NCBI GenBank assembly: GCA_937996795.1
Contig: CALKUH010000029.1
Coordinates: 6,366 to 70,365 of the forward strand
DNA length: 64,000 bases
Direction of reading: 5' to 3'
Origin: an uncultured Verrucomicrobiota bacterium
Lineage (GTDB): Bacteria > Verrucomicrobiota > Kiritimatiellia > CAIVKH01
The position numbers and the translations under genes were made by a program. The notes below the pieces were generated by a model. The model made no database searches. It was not told the DNA's origin and was given only the letters and a program-made list of their open reading frames with translations. Within the stretch, counting starts at the first letter, position 1. Every line of letters begins with the position of its first letter. Positions 1-10,646 of this stretch are shown piece after piece.

Positions 1-212
1 GTTTCCTCGGCCGCCTCACGGGGCGCGGGGTGGAGGACCGGCTCGCGCCGTCCCTCGCGGCGCTCTCGTTTGCGGTCGTGCGCGGCGCGCACATTCTGCG
101 TGTGCATGACGTAAAGGAATCTTGCGAAACCGCCCGTTTGACGGCTATCCTGCGCTCCGGTCAGGTGCCCCCCGATGACGTTGCAGGATCGCATTTTGTT
201 TCCCGGATTTAA
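1..212 (+). CDS. folP: dihydropteroate synthase, C-terminal fragment (5' end lies outside the window)
   Basis: The frame-3 ORF enters from the left edge and reads ...LAALSFAVVRGAHILRVHDVKESCETARL..., matching the conserved C-terminal GA-I-RVHDV motif of FolP. folP directly upstream of cdaA is a common synteny. Confidence 0.6.
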   Translation, partial: FLGRLTGRGVEDRLAPSLAALSFAVVRGAHILRVHDVKESCETARLTAILRSGQVPPDDVAGSHFVSRI

Positions 213-1047
213 CGGCTTGCTGGAGATCGCCGTGCTGGCGGTCGCCATCTACTACATCCTGCTGTTTTTCCAGGGCACTCGCGGCGCCCAGGTGCTGTCC
301 GGCCTGGCGATCCTGTACGCCGCGCTGATCGCGCTGACCTACTTCTTCGAACTCGACACGCTCAACTGGCTCATCCAGCGCTTCACGGTGTACCTGTCCG
401 TCGCGCTGCTCATCATCTTCCAGCCGGAAATCCGTCGCGCGCTCGCGGAGCTCGGGCCGCGCCACCTGCTGGGCAACCATGTCGCGGAACGGTCGCTGGT
501 GGATGCGTTGATCGACGGCGTGCGCCGCCTGACGGAAAACAAGATCGGCGCGCTGATCGCCGTCGAGCGCGGCGTGAGCACCGCACCCTACCAGGGGGCC
601 GGCACGCCGCTCGACAGCCAGGTGACGCCGGAATTGCTGGCGACGATCTTCCACCCGAACACGCCGCTGCACGACGGCGGCGTGATCGTGCGCGGAAGCC
701 GCCTCGCGTACGCCGGCTGCGTGTTCCCGCTCTCGCAGAAGCCCGAGTTGAGCCGCGCGTTGGGCACGCGTCACCGCGCGGCGATCGGGTTGTCGGAGGA
801 GACGGACGCCATCGTGATCGTGGTCTCCGAGGAAACCGGGTCCGTCTCCGTCGCGTACAAGGGCCGGCTGCGGCGCGGGCTGGAAATCGACCGCCTCGAG
901 CGCTTCCTCGCCAACGTGCTGCTCCGCGCGCGCGTGGCTCGCGGACCGCAACCCTCGCGCCTGCGCCGCTGGATCGAGTACTTCCGTTCGCCGCGGCAGC
1001 GACAGCGCGCGTACAACCCCGCAAAGGCGGAGTCCCATGGCGCCTGA
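175..1047 (+). CDS. cdaA: diadenylate cyclase CdaA (membrane-anchored DAC domain)
   Basis: Three N-terminal hydrophobic helices precede a DAC domain with HDGGVIVRG and GTRHRAAIGLSEETDAIVIVVSEETGSVSVAYKG, which are diagnostic for CdaA/DisA_N. Confidence 0.85.
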   Translation: MTLQDRILFPGFNGLLEIAVLAVAIYYILLFFQGTRGAQVLSGLAILYAALIALTYFFELDTLNWLIQRFTVYLSVALLIIFQPEIRRALAELGPRHLLGNHVAERSLVDALIDGVRRLTENKIGALIAVERGVSTAPYQGAGTPLDSQVTPELLATIFHPNTPLHDGGVIVRGSRLAYAGCVFPLSQKPELSRALGTRHRAAIGLSEETDAIVIVVSEETGSVSVAYKGRLRRGLEIDRLERFLANVLLRARVARGPQPSRLRRWIEYFRSPRQRQRAYNPAKAESHGA

Positions 1048-1984
1048 AGCGTCCGAGCTCTGGCAGTCCGTCCGCAACAACCGCGGACTGAAACTGGTGG
1101 CCGTGCTGCTGGCGGCACTCGCGTGGTACGGCATCCGCGAGGTCACGAGTTTCACCTCCGTCGTCCAGGGCGTCCGCGTGGAGGTCCTGCTCGACGAGGG
1201 CTGGGCCGTGCTGGACCGTTCGGTGGACGAGGTGGATGTGTTGTGCCGGGGCTCGCAGAGCGACATCCGCTACCTGAGCCGCGACCAATTGCGCGTGGAG
1301 ATTGATTTGCGCGGTCGCTCCGTGACCGGTGCGCGGGAGGTGCGGATCAACCCGCAGTCGATCAAGGTGCCCGGCGGCGCGCGCGCCGTCAGCGTCGATC
1401 CGCCGGAACTCACGCTCACCCTGGACCGCGAGGGCGACCGGCTGGTCAAGGTGCGCGCCGAGATCATCGGCAATCCGCCCGAAGGGTATGAGCTCGCCGA
1501 GGTGGTGTGCACGCCGGAGGAAGTGCGCCTGCAGGGACCGCAGGGGCGCCTCAGCGGCGTGTCGGAGGTCAAGACGGCGCCGATCGATCTCGAGGGCCGG
1601 CTCAAGTCCTTCTCGCTCACGCGTGTCATCCAGCCGCCGAGCGACCTGTGGTCCGCGCGCGTCGAGCCGGACCGCGCGCGCATTGACGTGCGGATCGCGG
1701 AGCGCTCCTCCGTGCTCGATCTGTCCGGCATCCCGGTCCGGCTGCTCGTGCCGCCGGATACGCCGCCCGTCCGGCTCGCGCGCGCGGATGTCACGGTTTC
1801 GCTTTCGCTGCGCGGGCGCGCGGAGGCGCTCAAGGCGTTGTCCGCGACGAACATCAATGCGTTCGTGGATTGCACCGTGTTGAAGTCCGGCGACAACATG
1901 GAGTTGCCCGTGGTGGTGTCCATCCCGGGTGGCGTCGAAATCGTCAGCAAGGACCCGGAGTTTATCCGGGTGGAGTTGCCCTGA
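1037..1984 (+). CDS. cdaR: YbbR-domain protein, CdaA regulator
   Basis: It overlaps the cdaA stop by 11 nt. It has a single N-terminal TM helix followed by repeated beta-rich YbbR-like modules, and it sits in the canonical position after cdaA. Confidence 0.65.
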   Translation: MAPEASELWQSVRNNRGLKLVAVLLAALAWYGIREVTSFTSVVQGVRVEVLLDEGWAVLDRSVDEVDVLCRGSQSDIRYLSRDQLRVEIDLRGRSVTGAREVRINPQSIKVPGGARAVSVDPPELTLTLDREGDRLVKVRAEIIGNPPEGYELAEVVCTPEEVRLQGPQGRLSGVSEVKTAPIDLEGRLKSFSLTRVIQPPSDLWSARVEPDRARIDVRIAERSSVLDLSGIPVRLLVPPDTPPVRLARADVTVSLSLRGRAEALKALSATNINAFVDCTVLKSGDNMELPVVVSIPGGVEIVSKDPEFIRVELP

Positions 1985-1987
1985 GCC

Positions 1988-2650
1988 ATGCGGCGTCTCC
2001 GGTGTCTTTTCCCGCTGCTGGCCGCGCTGCTTTTCGCGGCGCCGGCGTTGTGTGCCGACGGACCCGCGGAGGAGTCGCTCGAGTCACTGCTCGAACAGGC
2101 CGGTCGCATCGCGGCGGCCCTCCCGTCGGCCCAGCCCGCGCAAGATCCCGAAATTGCCCGGGCGGCTGCGTTTCTCGAAAAACGCCAGTATCTCGAATCA
2201 CTCGCCGTCCTGCGCGACATCATCCGCAAGCAGCCCGATCACGCGCAGGCGCGCTTCATCGCCGCGAACGCCCTCATCCAGTTGCGCCGCTACGATGCGG
2301 CGCGCGTCCTGCTTGAGCAGTTGCTGGAAAAGCATCCGCATCACGCCGGGTTGCTCAACAACCTGGCCTGGCTGTATGCGACCAGCACCGACCCGCTGAA
2401 GCGCGATCCCGCCCACGCGGTCGAACTGGCCCGGCGCGCCATCCTGCTGGCGCCGGACGACTACCACATCTGGTCCACGCTCGCCGAGGCGCACTACGCG
2501 AACGGCGAGTATCCGCGCGCGCTCCGGGCCGCCGAGGAGGCGTTGAAGCTGGGCCACGAAAAATCGGCCTCGCCCCGCCAATTGCTCGCGTACGCTGAAC
2601 AGGTGAACAAATGCAGAAAAGCCGTCCTCGCCTTTACCATCGTGGATTGA
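1988..2650 (+). CDS. secreted tetratricopeptide-repeat protein
   Basis: Signal peptide MRRLRCLFPLLAALLFAAPALCA. TPR-like helical repeats are present (AQARFIAANALIQLRRYDAA..., WSTLAEAHYANGEYPRALRAAEEALKL). Confidence 0.6.
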   Translation: MRRLRCLFPLLAALLFAAPALCADGPAEESLESLLEQAGRIAAALPSAQPAQDPEIARAAAFLEKRQYLESLAVLRDIIRKQPDHAQARFIAANALIQLRRYDAARVLLEQLLEKHPHHAGLLNNLAWLYATSTDPLKRDPAHAVELARRAILLAPDDYHIWSTLAEAHYANGEYPRALRAAEEALKLGHEKSASPRQLLAYAEQVNKCRKAVLAFTIVD

Positions 2651-3288
2651 TCCTCGCCGCCGCCCTCGGCCTATTGAGCGGGTGCGCCACGCCGCGTCCC
2701 GTGGCGCCGGCCTTTGCGCCCGAGCGGCTCCGCGCGCTGGGCACCGTGCAGATTGATGCCGAGGCGCGGATGGTGGTCGCCACCGGCTTCGTGAACCAGG
2801 TGGAGGGCGCGATCGAATTGCTCGTGTGCGGGCCGGGTGGGAAGACCCACGAATCCGTGTTCGTCATGCAGGCGCACGCGATGGATCTCCAGGCGGCGCT
2901 GCTCCTGATCGGCCTCAAGCCGGGCGAGCCCCGACAGGAATTGGGCGAAGGCCCGCCCCGCGGGCCGCGCGTGGACCTGTGGGTCACGTGGATGGATGCG
3001 GAGGGCCGGCGCGTGGCGCAGCCCGCGGAATTTTTCGCGTACAACATCGAAACGGGAAAGGTCCTGCCCTTCACCGGCTGGGCGTTCACCGGCTCCGTGG
3101 TGATCGATGGCCAGTTCAAAGCCCTCGCCGAGGAGAGTTTCGCGGTGACGTACTGGGACCCGTGGGCGATTCTGAACATCCTCAACGACGTCGGCGCGAA
3201 TGACGAGGTGCTCGCCGTGAACCGGGCCGTGGTGCCCCCCCTGCATACGCCCGTCACCTTCCTGATGGTTCCGCACGATCGGCCCTGA
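2611..3288 (+). CDS. YdjY-domain-like lipoprotein
   Basis: Lipobox LLSGC after a basic N-terminus. The core GAIELLVCGPGGKTHESVFVMQAHAMDLQAALLLIGLKPG resembles the YdjY family as I remember it. Confidence 0.45.
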   Translation: MQKSRPRLYHRGLILAAALGLLSGCATPRPVAPAFAPERLRALGTVQIDAEARMVVATGFVNQVEGAIELLVCGPGGKTHESVFVMQAHAMDLQAALLLIGLKPGEPRQELGEGPPRGPRVDLWVTWMDAEGRRVAQPAEFFAYNIETGKVLPFTGWAFTGSVVIDGQFKALAEESFAVTYWDPWAILNILNDVGANDEVLAVNRAVVPPLHTPVTFLMVPHDRP

Positions 3289-3289
3289 C

Positions 3290-4906
3290 ATGCGCTTTTC
3301 CCCGTCCATCGCCACCCTCCTGCTGGCGCTCGCCATCATCGGCGCGGCCATGCCCGCGCGGGCGAATGATCGGGATGGACTGGTCCTGCTCGCAAACAGC
3401 GCCGTGCCGGCCTCGGTGGAACTTGCGCGTGAGTACTGCCGGTTGCGCGGTCTGCCGGAGGACCGGATCTGCGCGCTGCCCATGCCATCCACGGAGGTGA
3501 TCAGCCGCGCCGATTACGCGTCGCACCTGCGCGACCCGCTGCTGGCGTGGCTGCGGGCGAATGGGTGGGCGGACCAGGTCAAACGGCATCCCCGCCGCGT
3601 GCGCGCGCACGAGGCGGAATGGACCACGGTGAAATCGCGCCTCCGCATCCTGTGTTCGTTTTACGGTGTGCCGGTGCGCATTGAGGACACGCAGCCGCAA
3701 CTCGTGCGCAAACTGCAGGGGTGGATGGACCATGCGCCGCAGCGCGACGAGGCGGCGGTGGACTCGGAACTGACCCTGCTGCTGCAGGGGCCGTACGACG
3801 TGCGCGGGCGCTTCACGAATCCGTTCTACGGGCAGTTGCGCTGGACGCCCCCCGGCGCGCACAACCTGTTTCTCGTGATGGCCGCGCGCCTCGACGGACC
3901 CGATCCCGACACGGTGCGCCGCATGATGGCCTCCGCGCTGGAGGCCGAGCAGTACGGCCTGCACGGGCGCGCCTATTTTGATCTGCGCGGCCCGCACCAG
4001 GACGACTATCTAATGGGCGACTTCTGGCTCGCGGAAGCCGTGGCGCGGTTTTCGCGCGAGGGCTATGAGTGCGTCGTTGAGAACAGCGACCAGCTCTACG
4101 GACGGCATTTCCCGATGGACGAGGCCGCGCTTTACATGGGGTGGTACACGGACCGTGTCTCGGGTCCCTTTTTGCGGACCGGGTTCGTGTTCCGCGCGGG
4201 CGCGCTGGCGTATCACAACCATTCCGGCAACGCGAAACAGTTGCGCTCGCGCGACGAACACTGGGCGGGCCCGCTGCTCGCGTCGGGCGCGGCGGCGACG
4301 TGGGGCGCCGTGAGCGAGCCGTTCCTGGCCACCACGCCGCACCTGCATATTGTCGCGGACCGCCTGTGCCGCGGCGCAACCTTTGCGGAGGCGACCTATC
4401 TCGCGCTGCCCGCCCTGTCGTGGCAGGCGACGGTCGTCGGCGACCCGCTCTACCGTCCGTTTGCGATTCCGCTGGATGAGCAGATCAGGAAGCTGGAGGC
4501 CGAAGGGCGCCCGGAGGTGATCTGGGCCTGGCTGCGCCGGATCAACCTGCTCGTCAGCGAGGGCCGCTTCAACGTGGCGCTCGCCTATGCGCGCGACCGG
4601 CTGCGTGTGCGGGAGAATTACCTGCTGCACGAGAAAATCGCCGAGCTGCTGGCGCAAAATGAACTGCCGGACGATGCCGCGCCGCACTACGAAAAAGCGA
4701 TCGCGCTGGCGGAGAAACCGGAAACCGCCCTGCGCATCGGCGTGCGCTATCTCCTGATGTTGCGCGTCACGGACAAGCGTGAAAAGGCCGCCGCCGTCGA
4801 GGCGGGGCTCCGCGAGCGCTGGGGCGGCAGCCCGTTCCTGATGCTTCTCCAGCACGCGCACCCGCGCGCGGCCGCCCCGGTGAACGCCGGGCCGCCCGAT
4901 GCCTGA
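3290..4906 (+). CDS. secreted TIGR03790-like protein with C-terminal TPR-like tail
   Basis: Signal peptide ...IGAAMPARA. The N-terminal stretch LVLLANSAVPASVELAREYCRLRGLPEDRICALPMP...VISRADY fits my recollection of the TIGR03790 family found in Verrucomicrobia and Acidobacteria. Confidence 0.45.
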   Translation: MRFSPSIATLLLALAIIGAAMPARANDRDGLVLLANSAVPASVELAREYCRLRGLPEDRICALPMPSTEVISRADYASHLRDPLLAWLRANGWADQVKRHPRRVRAHEAEWTTVKSRLRILCSFYGVPVRIEDTQPQLVRKLQGWMDHAPQRDEAAVDSELTLLLQGPYDVRGRFTNPFYGQLRWTPPGAHNLFLVMAARLDGPDPDTVRRMMASALEAEQYGLHGRAYFDLRGPHQDDYLMGDFWLAEAVARFSREGYECVVENSDQLYGRHFPMDEAALYMGWYTDRVSGPFLRTGFVFRAGALAYHNHSGNAKQLRSRDEHWAGPLLASGAAATWGAVSEPFLATTPHLHIVADRLCRGATFAEATYLALPALSWQATVVGDPLYRPFAIPLDEQIRKLEAEGRPEVIWAWLRRINLLVSEGRFNVALAYARDRLRVRENYLLHEKIAELLAQNELPDDAAPHYEKAIALAEKPETALRIGVRYLLMLRVTDKREKAAAVEAGLRERWGGSPFLMLLQHAHPRAAAPVNAGPPDA

Positions 4907-5702
4907 CCCCGCCGCCGACATGCGTTTCATCGACACCCATTTGCACTTCGACAGCTTCGCCGCCGAGGGCGTCGTGCCGGAGCTGCTTGCGCGCGCGCGT
5001 GCCGCCGGGGTGGAGCGGATGGTTGCGATTGGCGGATCCCCGGATGCGAATGCGCTGGCGGTGCGGCTGGCCGGCGCGCATCCGGAGGTCCTGCGCGCCA
5101 CGATCGGCCTCGACCGGGATGAAATCGGGAAGCCGGTCGACCTCGCGTTGCTCACCGCGCAGGCGCGCGAACCCGTCGTGGCGGCGGTGGGGGAAACCGG
5201 CCTCGACTACCACTACGGGCCCGATACCCGCGACGCGCAGCGCGCGCTGTTTTCCGCCATGCTCGATCTCGCCGCGGACGCGCGCCGCCCGGTGGTCGTG
5301 CACAGCCGCGACGCGGATGAGGACACCCTCGCGCTCCTCGCGGCCCATGTGGCGCGGTCCGGCGTGGACGCGGCGCGGCCCGGCGTCCTGCATTGCTTCA
5401 CCGGCTCACAGGACTTTGCCCGCAGGTTGCTGGACCTGGGTTTCTTCATCAGTTTCAGCGGTATCGTGACGTTCAAGAATGCCGCCGACCTGCGCGCGGT
5501 GGCGCGCTACGTGCCGCGCGACCGGCTGCTGGTCGAGACGGACGCGCCGTATCTCGCGCCCGTCCCGCACCGCGGCAAACGGAACGAACCGGCGTGGGTG
5601 GTGGAGGTCGCCGCTGCGCTTGCCACTGAACGCGGGGATTCGCTACAAGAACTCGTCCACGCCGTGTGGGAAAACGCCAAACGGCTTTTCGCGTGGACGT
5701 AA
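4899..5702 (+). CDS. tatD: TatD-family metal-dependent hydrolase
   Basis: Motifs FIDTHLHFD, GETGLDYHY, VVVHSRDA and LVETDAPYLAPVPHRGKRNEP are present. The start could instead be the internal ATG at 4920. Confidence 0.85.
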   Translation: MPDPAADMRFIDTHLHFDSFAAEGVVPELLARARAAGVERMVAIGGSPDANALAVRLAGAHPEVLRATIGLDRDEIGKPVDLALLTAQAREPVVAAVGETGLDYHYGPDTRDAQRALFSAMLDLAADARRPVVVHSRDADEDTLALLAAHVARSGVDAARPGVLHCFTGSQDFARRLLDLGFFISFSGIVTFKNAADLRAVARYVPRDRLLVETDAPYLAPVPHRGKRNEPAWVVEVAAALATERGDSLQELVHAVWENAKRLFAWT

Positions 5703-5715
5703 AAAGGGGAATCAC

Positions 5716-6681
5716 ATGAAAGAGGCGGGTGTGCGGTATGCCCTCGGGATCGACTTCGGTGGAACGTCGGTCAAAATGGCGCTGGTCGATGAACGCGGTA
5801 AGATCATGGCCCGCCGCAAATTCGTCACGAAGGAGGTCAGCGGCCAGTCCGGCTGGCTCGACCGCGTCAAACGCGAGGTCGACGACATCCTCGCGAAGGA
5901 AGGCGCGGGTTGCGCGATTTCCGGCGCGGGCGTCGGCGTGCCCGGTTTCGTCGATTTCGAACGCGGATTCATCCACAACCTGACCAATGTGCCCGGCTGG
6001 ACGGCGGTCCCGCTGGGGTCGCTCCTGGAGGAGAAGCTGGGCATCCGTGCGCGCATCGACAACGACGTCAACGCGATGGCGCTCGGCGAATGCACCTTCG
6101 GCGCGGGCCGCACCTACCAGCACGCGGTGTTCGTCACGCTGGGCACCGGTGTGGGCGGCGGCCTGCTGATCAACAACAAGCTCTACCGCGGCGCGCATTC
6201 GATGGCGGGCGAAATCGGCCACGTCTCGATCGACATGAAGGGCATCCAGTCGCCCACGGGGTTCGGCGGCGTGGAGCAGTACGTCGGCAACAGTCGCATC
6301 GTCGAGCACATGGTCAAGGCCATCGATTCCGGGCGGCCGACCTGCATGCTCGACCTGGTGAAAGGCGACCGGTCCCAGCTCTCGCCCAAGGTACTCAAGG
6401 AGGCGGCGGACAAGGGCGATGCGGTGGCGCTGGAGCTGCTGGACTTCGTCACGGATTGCCTTGCGACGGCCTTCGCGTCGATCACCTACGTCCTGCAGCC
6501 GCAGGCCTTCATCGTCGGCGGCGGCGTGGCGGAAGAGGCGCAGTTGCTGTTCAAACTGCTGCGCAAGAACGTGGAGAAGCGCCTGAGCCCGCATTTCTCC
6601 CGCCAGCTGGAGATCAAACCCGCCGAGCTCGGCAGCGACGCCGGCGTCATCGGCTGCGCGACCCTCGCGCTGATCGAATAG
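5716..6681 (+). CDS. ROK-family glucokinase / sugar kinase
   Basis: ATG at 5716 follows AAGGGGA. Motifs LGIDFGGTSVKMALV, GAGVGVPGFVD and GVGGGLLINNKLYRGAHSMAGEIGH are present. The upstream 79 codons of the track ORF are Arg-rich shadow sequence. Confidence 0.8.
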   Translation: MKEAGVRYALGIDFGGTSVKMALVDERGKIMARRKFVTKEVSGQSGWLDRVKREVDDILAKEGAGCAISGAGVGVPGFVDFERGFIHNLTNVPGWTAVPLGSLLEEKLGIRARIDNDVNAMALGECTFGAGRTYQHAVFVTLGTGVGGGLLINNKLYRGAHSMAGEIGHVSIDMKGIQSPTGFGGVEQYVGNSRIVEHMVKAIDSGRPTCMLDLVKGDRSQLSPKVLKEAADKGDAVALELLDFVTDCLATAFASITYVLQPQAFIVGGGVAEEAQLLFKLLRKNVEKRLSPHFSRQLEIKPAELGSDAGVIGCATLALIE

Positions 6682-6690
6682 CGCCCGCGA

Positions 6691-7005
6691 TCACGCGGAG
6701 TAAAGCCGGTTTATTGGCAGATGACCGGCTCGGACGCGCACCGCCAACACCTTGTCCCGAGCGTTGAGCCCGTGGACGATTTCGACTGTGGCGCGCGGTA
6801 TGCCGAGAGTATCTGCGACGAATGCCACCAGTGCGGCATTGGCCTTTCCCTCCACAGGCGGCGCTTGCAGGCGGATTTTAAGGGCGTGACCGTGCAGGCC
6901 CGTGACCGTCGTGCGTGCGGCGCGTGGGGAAACGTGTACACGCAAGCGCACGCCCTCTGCGGTGGTTTCCCACCAGCTCTGCTTGCCTTGGTTCGCCGGG
7001 ATCAT
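6691..7005 (-). CDS. DUF167 (YggU-like) protein
   Basis: LRVHVSPRAARTTVTGLHGHALKIRLQAPPVEGKANAALVAFVADTLGIPRATVEIVHG is the typical DUF167 pattern. Confidence 0.75.
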   Translation of the reverse strand: MIPANQGKQSWWETTAEGVRLRVHVSPRAARTTVTGLHGHALKIRLQAPPVEGKANAALVAFVADTLGIPRATVEIVHGLNARDKVLAVRVRAGHLPINRLYSA

Positions 7006-7031
7006 TAAACACGGGGCCGGAGTTACACCCC

Positions 7032-7688
7032 ATGCCCTTTTTTATTGGCCGTATTGCCGAGGATCCATTCTACGTTGTGTCGTGGATCGTCGTCATTATT
7101 TTCTCCATCTGTGTCCATGAGTGCGCGCATGCGTGGACGGCGCTGCGCCAGGGGGATGACACGGCGGCGAATGAGGGACATCTTTCGCTCAATCCGATGG
7201 TGCAGATGGGCGGCATGTCGCTGCTGCTGCTCGCGTTGTTCGGACTGGCGTGGGGCGCGGTGCCGGTGGATCCGCGCCGGCTGCGCGGGCCGTGGAGCGC
7301 GGCGTGGGTCGCGGCCGCCGGGCCGCTGTCCAACCTGATGCTCGCGCTGGTCTTCTCGGCCTGCATGGTGGCCTGCGCGTTTTTGCCGGATGGTTCGCGG
7401 GAGATCCCGCTCGCGTTCTTCCGGCTGGCCGCGGTGGCGAACGGGATGCTGTGTGTGTTCAACCTGCTGCCGATCCCGATGTTCGACGGATGGACGATTC
7501 TCTCCTCGTTCGTGCCCCCGCTGCAACGCATCGACCCGGTCCAGACCCAGTCCTGGTCGTGGCTGCTGCTGCTGGCGGTCTGGGTGACCCCGGTGGGCGG
7601 CTACATCTGGAAACTCGGCGGCCTGCTGGCCGGCCTGATGATGCTCGGCTGGAGTTCACTGGCCGAGGCGCTGATGCGGCTGTTTTGA
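7032..7688 (+). CDS. site-2 protease family (peptidase M50) membrane protein
   Basis: An HExxH motif (VHECAHAW) lies in the first TM helix, the protein is polytopic and hydrophobic, and NLLPIPMFDG is present. The start was chosen at the internal ATG at 7032. Confidence 0.7.
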   Translation: MPFFIGRIAEDPFYVVSWIVVIIFSICVHECAHAWTALRQGDDTAANEGHLSLNPMVQMGGMSLLLLALFGLAWGAVPVDPRRLRGPWSAAWVAAAGPLSNLMLALVFSACMVACAFLPDGSREIPLAFFRLAAVANGMLCVFNLLPIPMFDGWTILSSFVPPLQRIDPVQTQSWSWLLLLAVWVTPVGGYIWKLGGLLAGLMMLGWSSLAEALMRLF

Positions 7689-7728
7689 GGAGCGGAGGTC
7701 GCGCCCAACGTGCGCGGCTACAGAAAAC

Positions 7729-8655
7729 CTACACCGCCCGGACGACCCACGCGTAGATGTCGGCGAGGGACTGGTCGAGCGTGTAGCGCGGCGACCAGCC
7801 GGTGTCACGGCGCAGTTTGTCCGCGACGATCATCGGCTGGCGGTCGGTGGGCCGGTAGCGCGCCGGGTCGGTTTCGAGTTCCGGCGTGACGCCCGCGATC
7901 TCGGAGAGCTTTCGCAGGATTTCCCCGACGGGGACCGCGCAGCCAGCGGAAATGTTGTACGCCTCGCCGGCGCGGCCGCGCTCGAGCAGCAGCCGGTAGG
8001 CGCTGGCGACATCGCGCACGTCCATGAACTCCCGCACGCTTTCCAGGTTGCCGACGCGCATGCGCGGCGGCTGGCGCCCGGCGGCGATGTCGGCGAGCTG
8101 TTTCGCGAAGGAGGGCGCCATGAAGTCCGCGGCCTGGCCCGGCCCGATGTGGTTGCAAGGGCGGGCGGTCATCAGGTGAAGCCCATACTGCTTCGCATAG
8201 AGCAACGTATTGAGGTCCGCGGCGACCTTGGAGACGGCGTACAGGCTCTGCGGGTCGAGCGCGGATTGCTCGTCGCGCGGGCGGTCCGGGTCGTTCGCGC
8301 CATAGACGAGCCCGCTGGAGACAAACACGAGCCGGCATGCGGGGGCGTGCGCGCGCAGCGCCTCCAGCAGGTTCAGCGCGCCGCCGACGTTCACGTCGAA
8401 CACGAGGCGCGGTTGCGACCAGCCGACGGGGACAAAGGCGATGCCGGCGAGGTGGATGCAGCCGTCGGGCCGCAGGTCGCGCATCACGCGCGCCATGGCT
8501 TCCATGTCGCAGATGTCCGCCACACAGTCGTTGGGTCCCGGGCGGGGGCAGTCCTGCGGGCGTGCGAGGGAGAAGACCTCATGGCCCGCGGCCTTGAGGT
8601 CCGCCGCCACATGGCCGCCTACGAAGCCACGCCCTCCCGTGACCAGCACGCGCAT
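7729..8655 (-). CDS. rmd: GDP-4-dehydro-6-deoxy-D-mannose reductase (NAD-dependent epimerase/dehydratase family)
   Basis: Motifs VLVTGGRGFVGGH, YAVSKVAAD and GNLESVREFMDVRDVASAY are present. It lies immediately downstream of gmd on the same strand. Confidence 0.6.
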   Translation of the reverse strand: MRVLVTGGRGFVGGHVAADLKAAGHEVFSLARPQDCPRPGPNDCVADICDMEAMARVMRDLRPDGCIHLAGIAFVPVGWSQPRLVFDVNVGGALNLLEALRAHAPACRLVFVSSGLVYGANDPDRPRDEQSALDPQSLYAVSKVAADLNTLLYAKQYGLHLMTARPCNHIGPGQAADFMAPSFAKQLADIAAGRQPPRMRVGNLESVREFMDVRDVASAYRLLLERGRAGEAYNISAGCAVPVGEILRKLSEIAGVTPELETDPARYRPTDRQPMIVADKLRRDTGWSPRYTLDQSLADIYAWVVRAV

Positions 8656-8659
8656 GGAA

Positions 8660-9622
<963 letters not shown>

Positions 9623-9633
9623 TCAGTGTCCTC

Positions 9634-10557
9634 TTATCGTTGTGCGCCGCCCCACGTTTTTTGCAGGTAGGCCAGCCCTTCCGCCACCTCCGCTGCCGGG
9701 GTGCGCGACGACGGCTCAATCACGCGCACCATATCGGAAACCGCGAAGCGTTGGAAACGGCTAAAATCGATGTGCCCACGCGGGGGCATGACATGGTCCG
9801 TCGCCGGCGGGGCGACATCGTGGACGTGCATGCCGGCGAGATAGGGCGTCAGGCGCTCCAGCCAGCGCTCGTGGTTGATGAATCCGATGTTCTGGCGGAT
9901 CTGGCCGTGGCCGATGTCGTGCCAGTAGCGGATGTGTTTCGCGCCGAACCGGGCGATGATCTGCTCGAATTCCACCTCGGTCGGGAACGCCTCCCACGTC
10001 GGCAGGTTCTCGATGCCCAGCAGGACGCCGGTCTCCTCAAGGACGGGCAGCAGGCGCTCCAGGCTCTTCAGCAACAACTCGAACTGGCGCGGGGCCTTGC
10101 GGTCGCGCTGCTCCTGCAACTTCAGGCGCAGCTTCTCGTAGCGCGGGCTGAACTGCTGCTGCGCGATGCACAGGTCGAACAACTGCGTGCTGATCATCGG
10201 CATCTCGACATTGCCGGAGTGGGTGACGACCACGCGCGCGCCGATTTCCGCCGCGAAGCGGATCGTGCGCAGGGTGTGGTGGATCGCGCTCTCGCGCTCC
10301 CGGTCGTCGCGGGCGGCGAGGGTCCAGATCTCCGGGTGCCCGCGCGTCGCGCCCATCGGGACCGGGCAGAAGTTGTGGACGCTGTCCACCTTCACGGACC
10401 CGTTGCGGATCATCGCCTGAACGCCGGGCACCAGCTCCAGGCGCAGGTCGTAGCCGAGTTCCAGCCGGCGGAAGCCGAGGTTGAGGATTTCCTCCACCAT
10501 CGTCTCGCCGGACCCGTGCCGTCCCGCATTCCAGTGTGTCGAAAGCGCAAATTCCAT
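9634..10557 (-). CDS. sugar phosphate isomerase/epimerase (xylose-isomerase-like TIM barrel)
   Basis: Its length and motif layout (LGFRRLELGYDL, VVVTHSG, LGIENLPTWE, HDIGHG) are typical of the AP-endonuclease-2/xylose isomerase-like fold. Confidence 0.65.
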   Translation of the reverse strand: MEFALSTHWNAGRHGSGETMVEEILNLGFRRLELGYDLRLELVPGVQAMIRNGSVKVDSVHNFCPVPMGATRGHPEIWTLAARDDRERESAIHHTLRTIRFAAEIGARVVVTHSGNVEMPMISTQLFDLCIAQQQFSPRYEKLRLKLQEQRDRKAPRQFELLLKSLERLLPVLEETGVLLGIENLPTWEAFPTEVEFEQIIARFGAKHIRYWHDIGHGQIRQNIGFINHERWLERLTPYLAGMHVHDVAPPATDHVMPPRGHIDFSRFQRFAVSDMVRVIEPSSRTPAAEVAEGLAYLQKTWGGAQR

Positions 10558-10646
10558 GAGAACACTTCACCCTACCACGAAGGGCGCCCATCCATTAAAT
10601 GCAAAACTCCCCGAGGGCGGGGAGTTCGCATATGCTCCGGGAGCAC

